From: Fidelibacterota bacterium
GTDB taxonomy: Bacteria > Fidelibacterota > Marinisomatia > SCGC-AAA003-L08 > JACNLC01
Direction of reading: 5' to 3'
DNA: 64,000 bases
Assembly (NCBI GenBank): GCA_018657495.1
Contig: JABHXA010000001.1
Coordinates: 122,016 to 186,015, forward strand
The notes beneath the pieces were generated by a model. The model was given only the letters and a program-made list of their open reading frames with translations, was not told where the DNA came from and did not search any database. Every line of letters starts with the position of its first letter. Position 1 is the stretch's first letter. Position numbers and translations under genes: made by a program. Positions 55,289 to 64,000 of the stretch are shown one piece after another.

Positions 55289-55876
55289 ATGTTTTCACAA
55301 GATATCTTAAAATCAATTATTCAATTAAAACCGGTTATTCACACACCGGATATTTATATTAGAATGGTGGAGAAAACGGATAATGAAGCAATATTTGAAT
55401 ATGCCTCAGATCCAATTGTCAGTAAATACCATAGTTGGGATCCACATCAATCCCTTCAGGATACACATGGATTTCTCTCTCGATATATAGAGTTCCTAAA
55501 TAAATTTCAGAAACTGGAATTTGGAATTATCCTAAAAGAAAATGATACCTTAATCGGAATGTGCGGATTCCATGATTTCAGTTTTACCCATAGCCGATGT
55601 GAAATCAGATATGTTTTATCTGCAAAATACAGGGAAAAGGATTTATTGACTGAATCTGTTGAAGCCCTTATTGAGTTTGGGTTTACCCGAATGGAACTGA
55701 ATAGAATAGAGGCAAGAACCCGAATCGAGGATATAGCCTCTCAGAGGGTACTCAAGAATGTAGGTATGAATGAGGAAGGTCTGTTGAGAGAGCAAATGTT
55801 TATTAAAGGACAGTTTACAGATTTCAAATTATATTCAAAATTGAAACGGGAGCATCATCGACCAAAATATAACTAG
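55289..55876 (+). CDS. GNAT N-acetyltransferase (RimJ/RimL-like)
   Basis: 195 aa. The pattern LIGMCGFHDF......EIRYVL....REKDLLTESVEALIEFGF......NRIEARTRIEDIASQRVLKNVGMNEEG is typical of the RimJ/L subfamily. Confidence 0.8.
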   Translation: MFSQDILKSIIQLKPVIHTPDIYIRMVEKTDNEAIFEYASDPIVSKYHSWDPHQSLQDTHGFLSRYIEFLNKFQKLEFGIILKENDTLIGMCGFHDFSFTHSRCEIRYVLSAKYREKDLLTESVEALIEFGFTRMELNRIEARTRIEDIASQRVLKNVGMNEEGLLREQMFIKGQFTDFKLYSKLKREHHRPKYN

Positions 55877-55991
55877 TTCTGTTTTACGCAAAAAGAATAT
55901 TCTCATCTGCATAACGGGGTCAATTGCCGCCTATAAAAGCTGTGAGATAATCCGCTTTCTTCGGAAGGAAAATGCAAATATATGGGTTGCA

Positions 55992-57080
55992 ATGACGAAG
56001 TCGGCACAAAAATTTGTTGGAAAGGCTACATTTGCAGCTTTATCTGCGAATGAGGTTCTTACTGATATTTTCCCTGACACTCCAAAAGCCGGTCTTGAAC
56101 ATATTGAACTTTCACATACCATGGATGGAATAATAATTCTACCTGCTACTGCCAATATCCTGGGAAAGGCTGCCAATGGAGTTGCTGATGATCTGGTTTC
56201 TACACTCTTATCTGTATGTGAACAGCCCACCTTATTTGTGCCTGCAATGAATAGCCGGATGTGGGAGAACCCGGCAACAATGGACGCCATATCTAAATTA
56301 AAAAACAGGGAAAAGGCAATTCTCAACCCTGACTCAGGTTATCTTGCCAGTCTTCACGAAGGGACAGGTAGGTTACCCGGAAATACGGAAATCATGAATG
56401 CAATACGCGAATTGTTTTCACCACCGCTACCTTTAAAAAACATTCATGTTCTTGTAACAGCAGGCCCAACTCATGAGTCTATTGACCCTGTGAGATATTT
56501 AACAAATCGATCCAGTGGAAAAATGGGCTTTGCCCTGGCAGAAGTTGCAAGAGACCTGGGTGCAGATGTAACATTAATAACTGGACCGGTTTTTCTTCCA
56601 GATCCTGCCGAAATTCATATTATCAATGTAACAACTGTTCACCAAATGTTAGAATCTATTCAAAAGTGCATTTCCAAATCGAAATGGGATTATATCATCA
56701 TGGCAGCTGCTCCTGCAGACTATTACCTGGAAGGTCCCTCAGAATCAAAAATAAAACGGAAATCTGAAAAATTATCTTTATCTCTTTCAACTGCTCCTGA
56801 TATATTGAAATCTATAAAGGATTCAACGGACAGCGTCATCGTAGCATTTGCCCTTGAAACAGAAAATGGCAAAGAAGAGGCATTAAGGAAAATGAAGGAT
56901 AAAGGGGCTGATTATATCATATTAAATTATGCAAATGAAGAGGGTGCAGGGTTCGAATCCTCAACAAATCGAGTGACAATATTTTCTAAAAACGGTGATG
57001 AGATCAATCTTAAAAAAGATCGGAAAGACAGGATTGCCCGGAAGATTTTTAAATCTATTTTAAAAAAACAATTACCCTAA
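55992..57080 (+). CDS. coaBC: bifunctional phosphopantothenoylcysteine decarboxylase / phosphopantothenate--cysteine ligase (coordinates from first ATG; the real start is probably upstream)
   Basis: The CoaC motifs are PATANILGKAANGVADDL and PAMN..MW. The CoaB motifs are VTAGPT.E.IDPVR.L.N.SSGKMG and AAAPADY. The conserved N-terminal strand KNILICITGSIAAYK is encoded in-frame upstream (about 55890..55937) of the first ATG. Confidence 0.85.
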   Translation: MTKSAQKFVGKATFAALSANEVLTDIFPDTPKAGLEHIELSHTMDGIIILPATANILGKAANGVADDLVSTLLSVCEQPTLFVPAMNSRMWENPATMDAISKLKNREKAILNPDSGYLASLHEGTGRLPGNTEIMNAIRELFSPPLPLKNIHVLVTAGPTHESIDPVRYLTNRSSGKMGFALAEVARDLGADVTLITGPVFLPDPAEIHIINVTTVHQMLESIQKCISKSKWDYIIMAAAPADYYLEGPSESKIKRKSEKLSLSLSTAPDILKSIKDSTDSVIVAFALETENGKEEALRKMKDKGADYIILNYANEEGAGFESSTNRVTIFSKNGDEINLKKDRKDRIARKIFKSILKKQLP

Positions 57081-58009
57081 AACTTTAGCTTAAGCCCCAC
57101 CGGTAAGTGATCAGATACTTTTTGGTTATATTCAATAAATGCTCCAGGAAGATAGTCTCCAACAAGGATAGTTTGAATTTTCGAAATAGGGTTTTCAAAT
57201 TCGTCAAAAAGATCATCGGTAATGAGTATATGATCAATATGACTTGGCCAACTGGGATACGACCAAGAATTTTCGGTAGGATCTTCTGCTAACTCCATAT
57301 CTGCAAACAAATATTGTTGATCATTTTCTATAAAATTCCAGAAAACATTTGTTGATTGCGGTTCATGGATTTCATCATTCCAATCACCGACAATGATCAC
57401 ATTTCCATATTCGGGATTATCTTCTACCCATTCCTGAAGTAATTCACTGGCCAACTGTCGACGAGACTCATTATCCCCACCACCACAACATTTTAAATGA
57501 TTATTAATGATTCGGATTGAATCACTATTAAACAACAAATCAAATATGTAGGGTTCTCGTGGAAAAGCCGACCCTTCGTATGGATAGATTTCAAACGGTT
57601 CATTTATTATAGTTACAGTATTAGATTTTATTATATAAGATAATTCCATGCAAAAATTGCCACAGGACGTGACATATCCTATCCAAGCACTTGTTGTATC
57701 AGCCGTATTTAATTCATCAATCAATAAATCAAAATAACTGCTGCTCTCAATTTCCTGCAAGGCGTAGACATCAGCATCAATTGCTAAAATGATATCCTTG
57801 GCCATTTGAACGGTAGTAGTATTCTGTTTGGGGAAATTTTCAATATTCCAGGTAATAATTTCAAAAGTCTCATCTGTCCCAAACTGGATATCATTTAATG
57901 ATGGATCCAGGTTAATAGGGGCCAAAGGTGTGGTGTTCTTGGCGCATCCTGAAATAAACAGGATTGTAATAATGTATGTTATAAGTTTCAAATTGATAAA
58001 TATTTTCAT
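57077..58009 (-). CDS. endonuclease/exonuclease/phosphatase (EEP) family lipoprotein
   Basis: 310 aa with the lipobox LFISGC and the EEP catalytic strings ALQEIE, NNHLK, GDWND and SDHLPV. It converges on and overlaps coaBC by 4 nt. Confidence 0.8.
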   Translation of the reverse strand: MKIFINLKLITYIITILFISGCAKNTTPLAPINLDPSLNDIQFGTDETFEIITWNIENFPKQNTTTVQMAKDIILAIDADVYALQEIESSSYFDLLIDELNTADTTSAWIGYVTSCGNFCMELSYIIKSNTVTIINEPFEIYPYEGSAFPREPYIFDLLFNSDSIRIINNHLKCCGGGDNESRRQLASELLQEWVEDNPEYGNVIIVGDWNDEIHEPQSTNVFWNFIENDQQYLFADMELAEDPTENSWSYPSWPSHIDHILITDDLFDEFENPISKIQTILVGDYLPGAFIEYNQKVSDHLPVGLKLKF

Positions 58010-58085
58010 GGAATCCGGATAAAATCAACGTTTATGTTTTCGTAAATTTATAACCTATTTATCATATTATTTTATAAGGGAAATC

Positions 58086-59105
58086 ATGAGAAAACGCGCG
58101 ATTTTGATCACTGGGGCAAATGGTGAAATTGGCCATGGGCTCATATCTTCGCTTCATCAGAAACATGAGCAGAATATCATTGCTCTTGATCTGCAGCCGA
58201 TGGACTCTAAAATTACAGGATATATAAAAGAAGGTATTGTGGGAAACATCCTCGATAAAAACCTTCTTGAGCAAATCAATGGCGAATACGCTATTTCAGA
58301 AATATATCATTTGGCAGCCCTACTTAGCACCCGGGCAGAATTCTCTCCTCAGGTGGCACATGAAGTAAATGTAGGGGGAACTATTAACCTTTTAGAGCTC
58401 GCTGTAAAACAATCCAGAAGCCAGGGACAGGCAGTAAAATATTTCTTTCCCAGTTCGATAGCTGTATATGGGTTTACGTCTTTGAACGAGAAAATCCTTA
58501 ATCCCATTTTAAAAGAAGATGAGCACTGTGATCCGCAAACCATGTATGGCTGTAATAAATTGTATTGTGAGAAACTGGGTATTTATTATAGTCACCATTA
58601 CCAAAGATTGGCAGCTGAATTCACCCCCGGGTTGGTTGATTTTCGCTCTATAAGATTTCCCGGACTGATCAGCGCCAGTACTATACCAACAGGGGGCACC
58701 AGTGATTACGCACCTGAAATGATTCACGCAGCAGTACAGGGAAAACCATATGCATGTTTTGTACGGCCAGATACAATAATACCGTTTATGACTATGCCAG
58801 ATGCGATCAAATCTATACTGAACCTGATGAATGCTGATAAGCAGAAATTATCACGATTGGTTTACAATATCACGGCTTTTCATCCAACTGCAGAAGAATT
58901 TTTTGATAAAATTTTGAACTATTTTTCAAACGCTGAGGTCAGCTATGTCATCAATAAAAAAAGACAGGCAATTGTTGATAGCTGGCCTGCCGAGGTGGAT
59001 GATTCTATTGCCAGGGCTGACTGGGGGTGGAAACCTGAGTATGATTTTCAATCTGCATTTGAAACCTATCTTATCCCAAAAATCAAATTGCATTATGGGC
59101 AATAA
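58086..59105 (+). CDS. tdh: NAD-dependent L-threonine 3-dehydrogenase (extended-SDR / epimerase-like type)
   Basis: 339 aa with ILITGANGEIGHGL and the catalytic YGCNK (YxxxK). It lies directly upstream of kbl, the usual Thr-to-Gly pairing. Confidence 0.75.
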   Translation: MRKRAILITGANGEIGHGLISSLHQKHEQNIIALDLQPMDSKITGYIKEGIVGNILDKNLLEQINGEYAISEIYHLAALLSTRAEFSPQVAHEVNVGGTINLLELAVKQSRSQGQAVKYFFPSSIAVYGFTSLNEKILNPILKEDEHCDPQTMYGCNKLYCEKLGIYYSHHYQRLAAEFTPGLVDFRSIRFPGLISASTIPTGGTSDYAPEMIHAAVQGKPYACFVRPDTIIPFMTMPDAIKSILNLMNADKQKLSRLVYNITAFHPTAEEFFDKILNYFSNAEVSYVINKKRQAIVDSWPAEVDDSIARADWGWKPEYDFQSAFETYLIPKIKLHYGQ

Positions 59106-59195
59106 TCCATAAATTACCAACGGAAACAAGGGTTTATTGATTATTAACAATTATACATAACACTGGATAATTTGCATTTCTTAAGGAGTAAATAA

Positions 59196-60380
59196 ATGAG
59201 CAACCTACAGACACGATTAACCGGAGAATTGAAAATGATCCGGGATGCTGGATTACAAAAAGATGAGCGCATTATTGAATCACAGCAAAGTGCAGAGATT
59301 AAGGTAAACGGTAAAACTGTGCTAAATTTTTGTGCCAATAATTATCTGGGATTATCCAACCACCCGCACCTGGTAAAGGCAGCGCAGGATGGATTGGATA
59401 AATGGGGATTTGGTTTGAGCTCGGTGAGATTTATATGCGGAACTCAAACCATCCACAAAGAACTGGAAAAGAAATTATCTAACTTTCTGCAAATGGATGA
59501 TACTATTCTATATACATCCTGCTTCGACGCTAATGGCGGTTTGTTCGAAACTCTGCTTGGGGCTGAGGATGCAATTATCTCAGATGCATTAAATCATGCT
59601 TCAATCATTGACGGTGTTCGATTGTGCAAGGCACAGAGATATAGATATGCCAATTCAGATATGGCGGGCCTTGAAGAAATTTTGTCAAAAACTCAGAATG
59701 CCAGAACTCGATTGATTACAACCGATGGTGTATTCAGTATGGATGGATTTGTTGCAAGATTATCAACAATTTGTGATCTGGCAGATAAATATGATGCCAT
59801 TGTTCACGTTGACGATTCCCACGCTACCGGGTTTTTCGGAAAGTCAGGCAGGGGCTCAATTGATTACTGTGAGGTGATGGGCAGTGTTGACATTGTTACC
59901 TCAACTCTGGGAAAAGCAATGGGTGGTGCTTCCGGGGGGTTTACTTCCGGAAAGCAGGAAATTATCGATATATTAAGACAAAGATCCCGACCGTATCTGT
60001 TTAGTAATACTGTGGCTCCGGCGATAGTCTGTGCCTCAATTGCTGTTCTTGATATGTTGACCGATTCTACAGATCTCAGGGATACTCTAGAAAAAAATAC
60101 ACTTTTCTTTAGAGATGAGTTGACAAAAAATGGATTTGATATTAAAAAAGGTGAACATCCTATAGTACCCATTATGCTGTATGATGCAAAACTGGCTCAG
60201 AATATTGCTTCTGATATGCTTGAAAAGGGGATTTATGTAATCGGTTTTTCATTCCCTGTAGTGCCAAAAAATGAAGCAAGAATCAGGGTTCAAATCAGTG
60301 CTGCTCACACAAATGATCACCTGAAAAAAGCCATATCCTCATTTGTTGAAATTGGCAAAAAACATGGGGTGATAAATTAA
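59196..60380 (+). CDS. kbl: glycine C-acetyltransferase (2-amino-3-ketobutyrate CoA ligase)
   Basis: 394 aa. This is an alpha-oxoamine synthase with [28 protein letters not shown] and the PLP-Lys motif STLGKAMGG. Confidence 0.9.
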   Translation: MSNLQTRLTGELKMIRDAGLQKDERIIESQQSAEIKVNGKTVLNFCANNYLGLSNHPHLVKAAQDGLDKWGFGLSSVRFICGTQTIHKELEKKLSNFLQMDDTILYTSCFDANGGLFETLLGAEDAIISDALNHASIIDGVRLCKAQRYRYANSDMAGLEEILSKTQNARTRLITTDGVFSMDGFVARLSTICDLADKYDAIVHVDDSHATGFFGKSGRGSIDYCEVMGSVDIVTSTLGKAMGGASGGFTSGKQEIIDILRQRSRPYLFSNTVAPAIVCASIAVLDMLTDSTDLRDTLEKNTLFFRDELTKNGFDIKKGEHPIVPIMLYDAKLAQNIASDMLEKGIYVIGFSFPVVPKNEARIRVQISAAHTNDHLKKAISSFVEIGKKHGVIN

Positions 60381-60429
60381 GTTGGAGAGGATTACTGAGA
60401 AATCAAGATAACGGTCAAATTATTCAAAT

Positions 60430-61674
60430 CTAATAACGTAGTTGTGCCAGCTCCATAACCTGCATCATATCCAGGCCGATTCTTGCAGGATCCTCATATC
60501 CGATAATTCTGTCATTTAAACCCGTTCCCTGCGAAAGGTCTATAGGTCTGGACATTAGTTTTTTTCTTGAAATATTTTCATACACTATTCTTATTATGGG
60601 CCGGAGATGATTGGATTCGATCACAACTGCGGTTCTGTTGCTTTCCAGCTTTACCAGGGTTCCAACCGGATATATGCCTATAAAATTGATAAATTTATTT
60701 ACTAGGTCTTCTTTGAAATGGTTTGCCCGGGATTTAAATATTTCATTTATTGCAACAACAGGAGGTATTCCAGACACAAATATTCTATCGGAACTCATAG
60801 CATCAAACACATCCACAATAGCTGCCATTTGTCCAGCAAGACTGATCTGATCACCACTTAATCCGTTGGGGTATCCAGATCCATCCAACCTTTCATGGTG
60901 TTCGGCAGTAACTTTTAAAACTATATCAGAAACGGACCGGTCTTTGTTAAGAATTTCTAATCCCTCAACCACATGATTTTGTATTAATGCAAATTCATCA
61001 TCAGATAATTTCCCAGGTTTATTTAGGATATTTAACGGGATTTTCATTTTTCCGATATCATGCATTAATCCTGCCATACCGTATTGATTTAATAAATCAC
61101 CTTTGATACCTACTGTTTTTGCGAATGTTATAAGCATTGTACTCACACTTAGTGAATGCATAAAGGTGTAGTCATCGCCCTCTTTCACCCTGAGCAATGA
61201 AATAAGCGCATCCTTGTTACGGCTGATTGATTCAACCATGACGTCAACAATCGGATGTAATGCTTGAAGATTTGTTTCTTTCCCTAGTATTACATTATCA
61301 TAGGCCTCAACTAAAACGTCTTTTGTCTCAGACAGTATTTCTTTTGCATTGTCAATTTCTTCCTGATAAGTAATCGTCTTGGGTATTTCTTCTTCCTTAA
61401 TTGATTCTCGCTGAATCGTTTTTAAAACCTCAGATTTTGTTTCTTTTATAACAATTCTCTCTGGGGGAGGTGGTGCTGGGGTTTTTTTGACATCCAATCC
61501 TCTGGATGTATCAATATACAGATCTTCGATGCCAATTTTTTTTACTTTCTCTAATGCGGCATCGGTATTAATCGTCAATCGGCGTTTAATAAAGGGATGA
61601 TCCATCCATCCACAATTAAAGTCGTGGACAAACATTCCAATTCTCAATTCTTTAATTTTAATCTTTTTAATCAT
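60430..61674 (-). CDS. HD-GYP domain protein with DUF3391-like N-terminus (c-di-GMP phosphodiesterase candidate), copy 1
   Basis: 414 aa with the N-terminus MIKKIKIKELRIGMFVHDFNCGWMDHPF, plus HDIGK and HHERLDGSGYP. Confidence 0.85.
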   Translation of the reverse strand: MIKKIKIKELRIGMFVHDFNCGWMDHPFIKRRLTINTDAALEKVKKIGIEDLYIDTSRGLDVKKTPAPPPPERIVIKETKSEVLKTIQRESIKEEEIPKTITYQEEIDNAKEILSETKDVLVEAYDNVILGKETNLQALHPIVDVMVESISRNKDALISLLRVKEGDDYTFMHSLSVSTMLITFAKTVGIKGDLLNQYGMAGLMHDIGKMKIPLNILNKPGKLSDDEFALIQNHVVEGLEILNKDRSVSDIVLKVTAEHHERLDGSGYPNGLSGDQISLAGQMAAIVDVFDAMSSDRIFVSGIPPVVAINEIFKSRANHFKEDLVNKFINFIGIYPVGTLVKLESNRTAVVIESNHLRPIIRIVYENISRKKLMSRPIDLSQGTGLNDRIIGYEDPARIGLDMMQVMELAQLRY

Positions 61675-61755
61675 AAAATATTAATTCATTGAATTACTAT
61701 TAAACACCATTGGTTCTCACCCAAATTAATGAGTGTATATAGGTTTATAATTTAA

Positions 61756-62973
61756 CTAGTGGATTCCCAAAACTTTACCTACATCAATTCCCCAATTTCG
61801 AGGATCTTCAACTCCAACAATACGATTATTCAGACCCATGCCCTGTGATAAATCAAGCTTTCTTGGTGTTATGGCCCTTTTTCTTCTATAATTATATACA
61901 AGCATTATAATCGGGGTTACCTGGTTAGATTCAATGACGACGCCGAGAAGACTCCCTTCTAATTTTACCAAGCTACCTACTGGGTAGATACCCATAAACT
62001 TTATAAACTGATCCACCAAACCTTCGTTGAAGAAATTGTTTTTTCTCCATTCATATATCTTCCGAATCGATGCTGCTGGTGATAATCCTTTATGATAAAC
62101 ACGATCTGAGCTGATAGCATCGAACACATCGACGATAGCTGTCATTTTACCACCTTGACTGATTTCTGTGGCATGTTTTTTATCTGGATATCCTCTGCCA
62201 TCTTCTCTTTCATGATGTTCCCCGGCTATTTGAATAACTAATTCCGGTATATCTCCAATTTCTGACAATATCATCCTGCTTTGCACAACGTGATTTTTCA
62301 TCTTTTTAAATTCTTCATCATTGAGACTTGCCGGTTTATTTAGAATTTTTAACGGAACAGTCATTTTACCAATATCATGCATTAGACCGCCAACGCCATA
62401 GAGGCTTAGTTCCTCACCTGTAATTCCAATAGATTTGGCAAAAGCAATAAGCAAGGCACCCACACTCACAGAATGCATGAAAGTATATTCATCTTTATGT
62501 TTCACACGAAATAACGATAACAAGGCACTTTCATTCCTGGATAAGGATTCCACCATATCATTTACCAGGGGATAGACCTCATCCATTCGGACATCCTTTC
62601 CCTTCATAACCTCTTTATAAACCTTTGTCAGTTGCTCCTTTGCATTGTCTTTCACCTTCATGGCATTTTCAACTTCTTCTTCATATTCAACTAATTTATG
62701 AGTTGTTCCTATCGGTGTATCAGAAACTCCTTTTTCAAGATCATTGGTGATTTGCTTTTCAACTTCACTGGCTGTATAAGCATCACCAATATCCAGCCCT
62801 TTTACAGTATCAATATATAAGTCACGAATTTTTAAACTGTTTACCTTCTTGACCATTTCATCAGTGGTTATTGCAATCTGTTTTTGAATAAAGGGATGTT
62901 CCATCCACCCACAATTAAAATCGTGGACATACATACCTTTACGAAGCTGTTTTATTTTTATTTTTTTAATCAT
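61756..62973 (-). CDS. HD-GYP domain protein with DUF3391-like N-terminus, copy 2 (tandem paralogue)
   Basis: 405 aa with the N-terminus MIKKIKIKQLRKGMYVHDFNCGWMEHPF, plus HDIGK and HHEREDGRGYP. It is colinear with copy 1 over the whole length. Confidence 0.85.
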   Translation of the reverse strand: MIKKIKIKQLRKGMYVHDFNCGWMEHPFIQKQIAITTDEMVKKVNSLKIRDLYIDTVKGLDIGDAYTASEVEKQITNDLEKGVSDTPIGTTHKLVEYEEEVENAMKVKDNAKEQLTKVYKEVMKGKDVRMDEVYPLVNDMVESLSRNESALLSLFRVKHKDEYTFMHSVSVGALLIAFAKSIGITGEELSLYGVGGLMHDIGKMTVPLKILNKPASLNDEEFKKMKNHVVQSRMILSEIGDIPELVIQIAGEHHEREDGRGYPDKKHATEISQGGKMTAIVDVFDAISSDRVYHKGLSPAASIRKIYEWRKNNFFNEGLVDQFIKFMGIYPVGSLVKLEGSLLGVVIESNQVTPIIMLVYNYRRKRAITPRKLDLSQGMGLNNRIVGVEDPRNWGIDVGKVLGIH

Positions 62974-63239
62974 TCTTGGTCCTATTATCGGTAGAAATAC
63001 CTTCTAAAGCATTAGTTAATTTAGATTTTGATTTACCACACTGGAAATGAAAATATTTTAATTAAACAGGAGTGATTATGACTTTGAGGTTATTCAATTT
63101 GTGACTGGACAATCAATGATATTAATTAAATCGAGAGAAATTTATCATTGATATTTTATGGTTGACCCTTTGGTTCAGGTGCGAGAAATGATGTAAAATA
63201 TCATAATAGTATCACCACCATTCTTGGAATTCATTATAC

Positions 63240-64000
63240 ATGAAAAAAGTATCAATTAACGATATTAGAAAACTAAAGGGAAGTGGGCAGCCATTTGCAA
63301 CAGTTACCGCCTATGATTATACATCCGCCCGTATTGTCGATAATGCCGGTATTCCGCTTATTCTTGTAGGTGACAGTGCTGCCATGGTTGTTCTGGGTTA
63401 TGACACCACCCTGCCTGTGACTATGGATGAGATGCTTATGCTTACAGCCGCGGTATGCAGGGGGACAAAAAGAGCCCTGGTAATTGCTGATCTTCCTTTT
63501 ATGTCATATCAGGCATCAATATCTGATGCACTACATTCCGCTGGAAAATTTATTAAAAAAGCAGGTGCGTCAGGAGTGAAACTGGAAGGTGGAAAAAGAG
63601 TTTGCCCTCAGATAAGATCCTTGGTAGATCATGGAATTCCGGTTATGGGTCATATCGGTCTAACACCACAATCATACCATCAGTTCTCAGGTTATACCAT
63701 TCAGGGTAAAACTGTTGAAGCTGCAAGACAATTATTAACCCACGCCATTGAAGTTGCTGAAGCCGGTGCATTCGCCTTAGTCCTTGAGGGCATTCCGGCA
63801 GAGGTGGCAAAATTAATATCTGAAAAAATAACAATCCCCACTATTGGTATCGGTGCTGGGCCTCATTGCGATGGGCAGATTCAGGTTTTTCATGATATTC
63901 TTGGTTTATTTGGTGACTTTGTCCCAAAACATACTAAAAGATTTGTGAATCTTACCGATCAAATAAGTACTGCTATAAAATCTTTTATCAACGATGTGCA
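63240..64000 (+). CDS. panB: 3-methyl-2-oxobutanoate hydroxymethyltransferase (3' end beyond the window)
   Basis: Absent from the ORF track because there is no stop inside the window. From ATG 63240 it reads MKKVSINDIRKLKGSGQPFATVTAYDYTSARIVDNAGIPLILVGDSAAMVVLGYDTTLPVTMDEML...VKLEGG...VMGHIGLTPQS...IGIGAG..CDGQ, which are canonical PanB strings. Confidence 0.92.
   Translation, partial: MKKVSINDIRKLKGSGQPFATVTAYDYTSARIVDNAGIPLILVGDSAAMVVLGYDTTLPVTMDEMLMLTAAVCRGTKRALVIADLPFMSYQASISDALHSAGKFIKKAGASGVKLEGGKRVCPQIRSLVDHGIPVMGHIGLTPQSYHQFSGYTIQGKTVEAARQLLTHAIEVAEAGAFALVLEGIPAEVAKLISEKITIPTIGIGAGPHCDGQIQVFHDILGLFGDFVPKHTKRFVNLTDQISTAIKSFINDV

Noticed and set aside
55931-56326. 131-aa minus-strand ORF
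   Set aside because: It is antisense to coaBC, whose CoaC motifs (PATANILGKAANGVADDL, PAMN) are unambiguous on the plus strand.
56949-56960. GGGTTCGAATCC, the canonical tRNA T-arm/T-loop string
   Set aside because: It lies inside the coaBC coding frame (..EGAGFESSTNR..). The flanking bases do not form the T-stem (CAGGG versus CCTCA), and no acceptor or anticodon arms can be drawn.
63643-63834. 63-aa minus-strand ORF
   Set aside because: It is antisense to panB, which is not in the ORF track only because it lacks a stop inside the window.
1-64000. Search for mobile elements, integrases, phage genes, CRISPR-Cas or recognisable defence islands
   Set aside because: No transposase, integrase or recombinase motifs, terminal inverted repeats, tRNA-adjacent islands or cas-like genes were recognised. 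The only classic accessory module is the VapBC pair.

Overview
This is a gene-dense, AT-rich chromosomal segment from a diderm (Gram-negative) bacterium. Evidence for the envelope type: a TolC-type channel, Omp85-like and PorV-like barrels, an LpxH-like enzyme and lipoboxes. By inference only, the source is probably an uncultured FCB-type or marine lineage. The genetic code is standard: ORFs are intact under code 11 and TGA is used as an ordinary stop, for example at trpF.

Most of the content is core metabolism:
- a partial menaquinone cluster (menB-menA-menC-menE);
- a complete trpEGDCFBA operon;
- tgt, rlmN, rnhA, coaBC, panB (3' end beyond the window), tdh-kbl, ctaA, a purine nucleoside phosphorylase and a PfkB kinase.

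Interspersed with these are:
- envelope and efflux genes (MacA/MacB-permease/TolC, several beta-barrel proteins);
- redox genes (an HAO-family octaheme cytochrome c, a dihaem cytochrome c, OsmC, glutaredoxin);
- signalling genes (two kinase/regulator sets, two tandem HD-GYP paralogues);
- a VapBC toxin-antitoxin pair and a MoxR-DUF58 pair.

I recognised no rRNA, tRNA, CRISPR array, transposase or integrase. I found no convincing multi-gene novel system such as a defence island.

The signals most worth following up are single-locus oddities:
1. A Bcp/PrxQ peroxiredoxin whose reading frame is interrupted by one in-frame TGA exactly at the peroxidatic-Cys position, followed by a hairpin. It is a candidate selenoprotein that the ORF track splits, and it sits divergent to a glutaredoxin.
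2. An unlisted 15-codon leader ORF with tandem TGG-TGG codons plus an intrinsic terminator upstream of trpE, the layout of a classical attenuator.
3. A stand-alone HAO-family octaheme cytochrome.
4. A CysO/MoaD-like ubiquitin-fold domain fused in cis to a MoeZ-type E1 with a rhodanese domain.
5. A stand-alone paralogue of a kinase's extracytoplasmic sensor module.
6. An AroQ-like protein with a degraded active site.
7. A coaBC gene whose conserved N-terminus has no canonical start codon.

All functional calls rest on motif recognition by eye. No database search was run.
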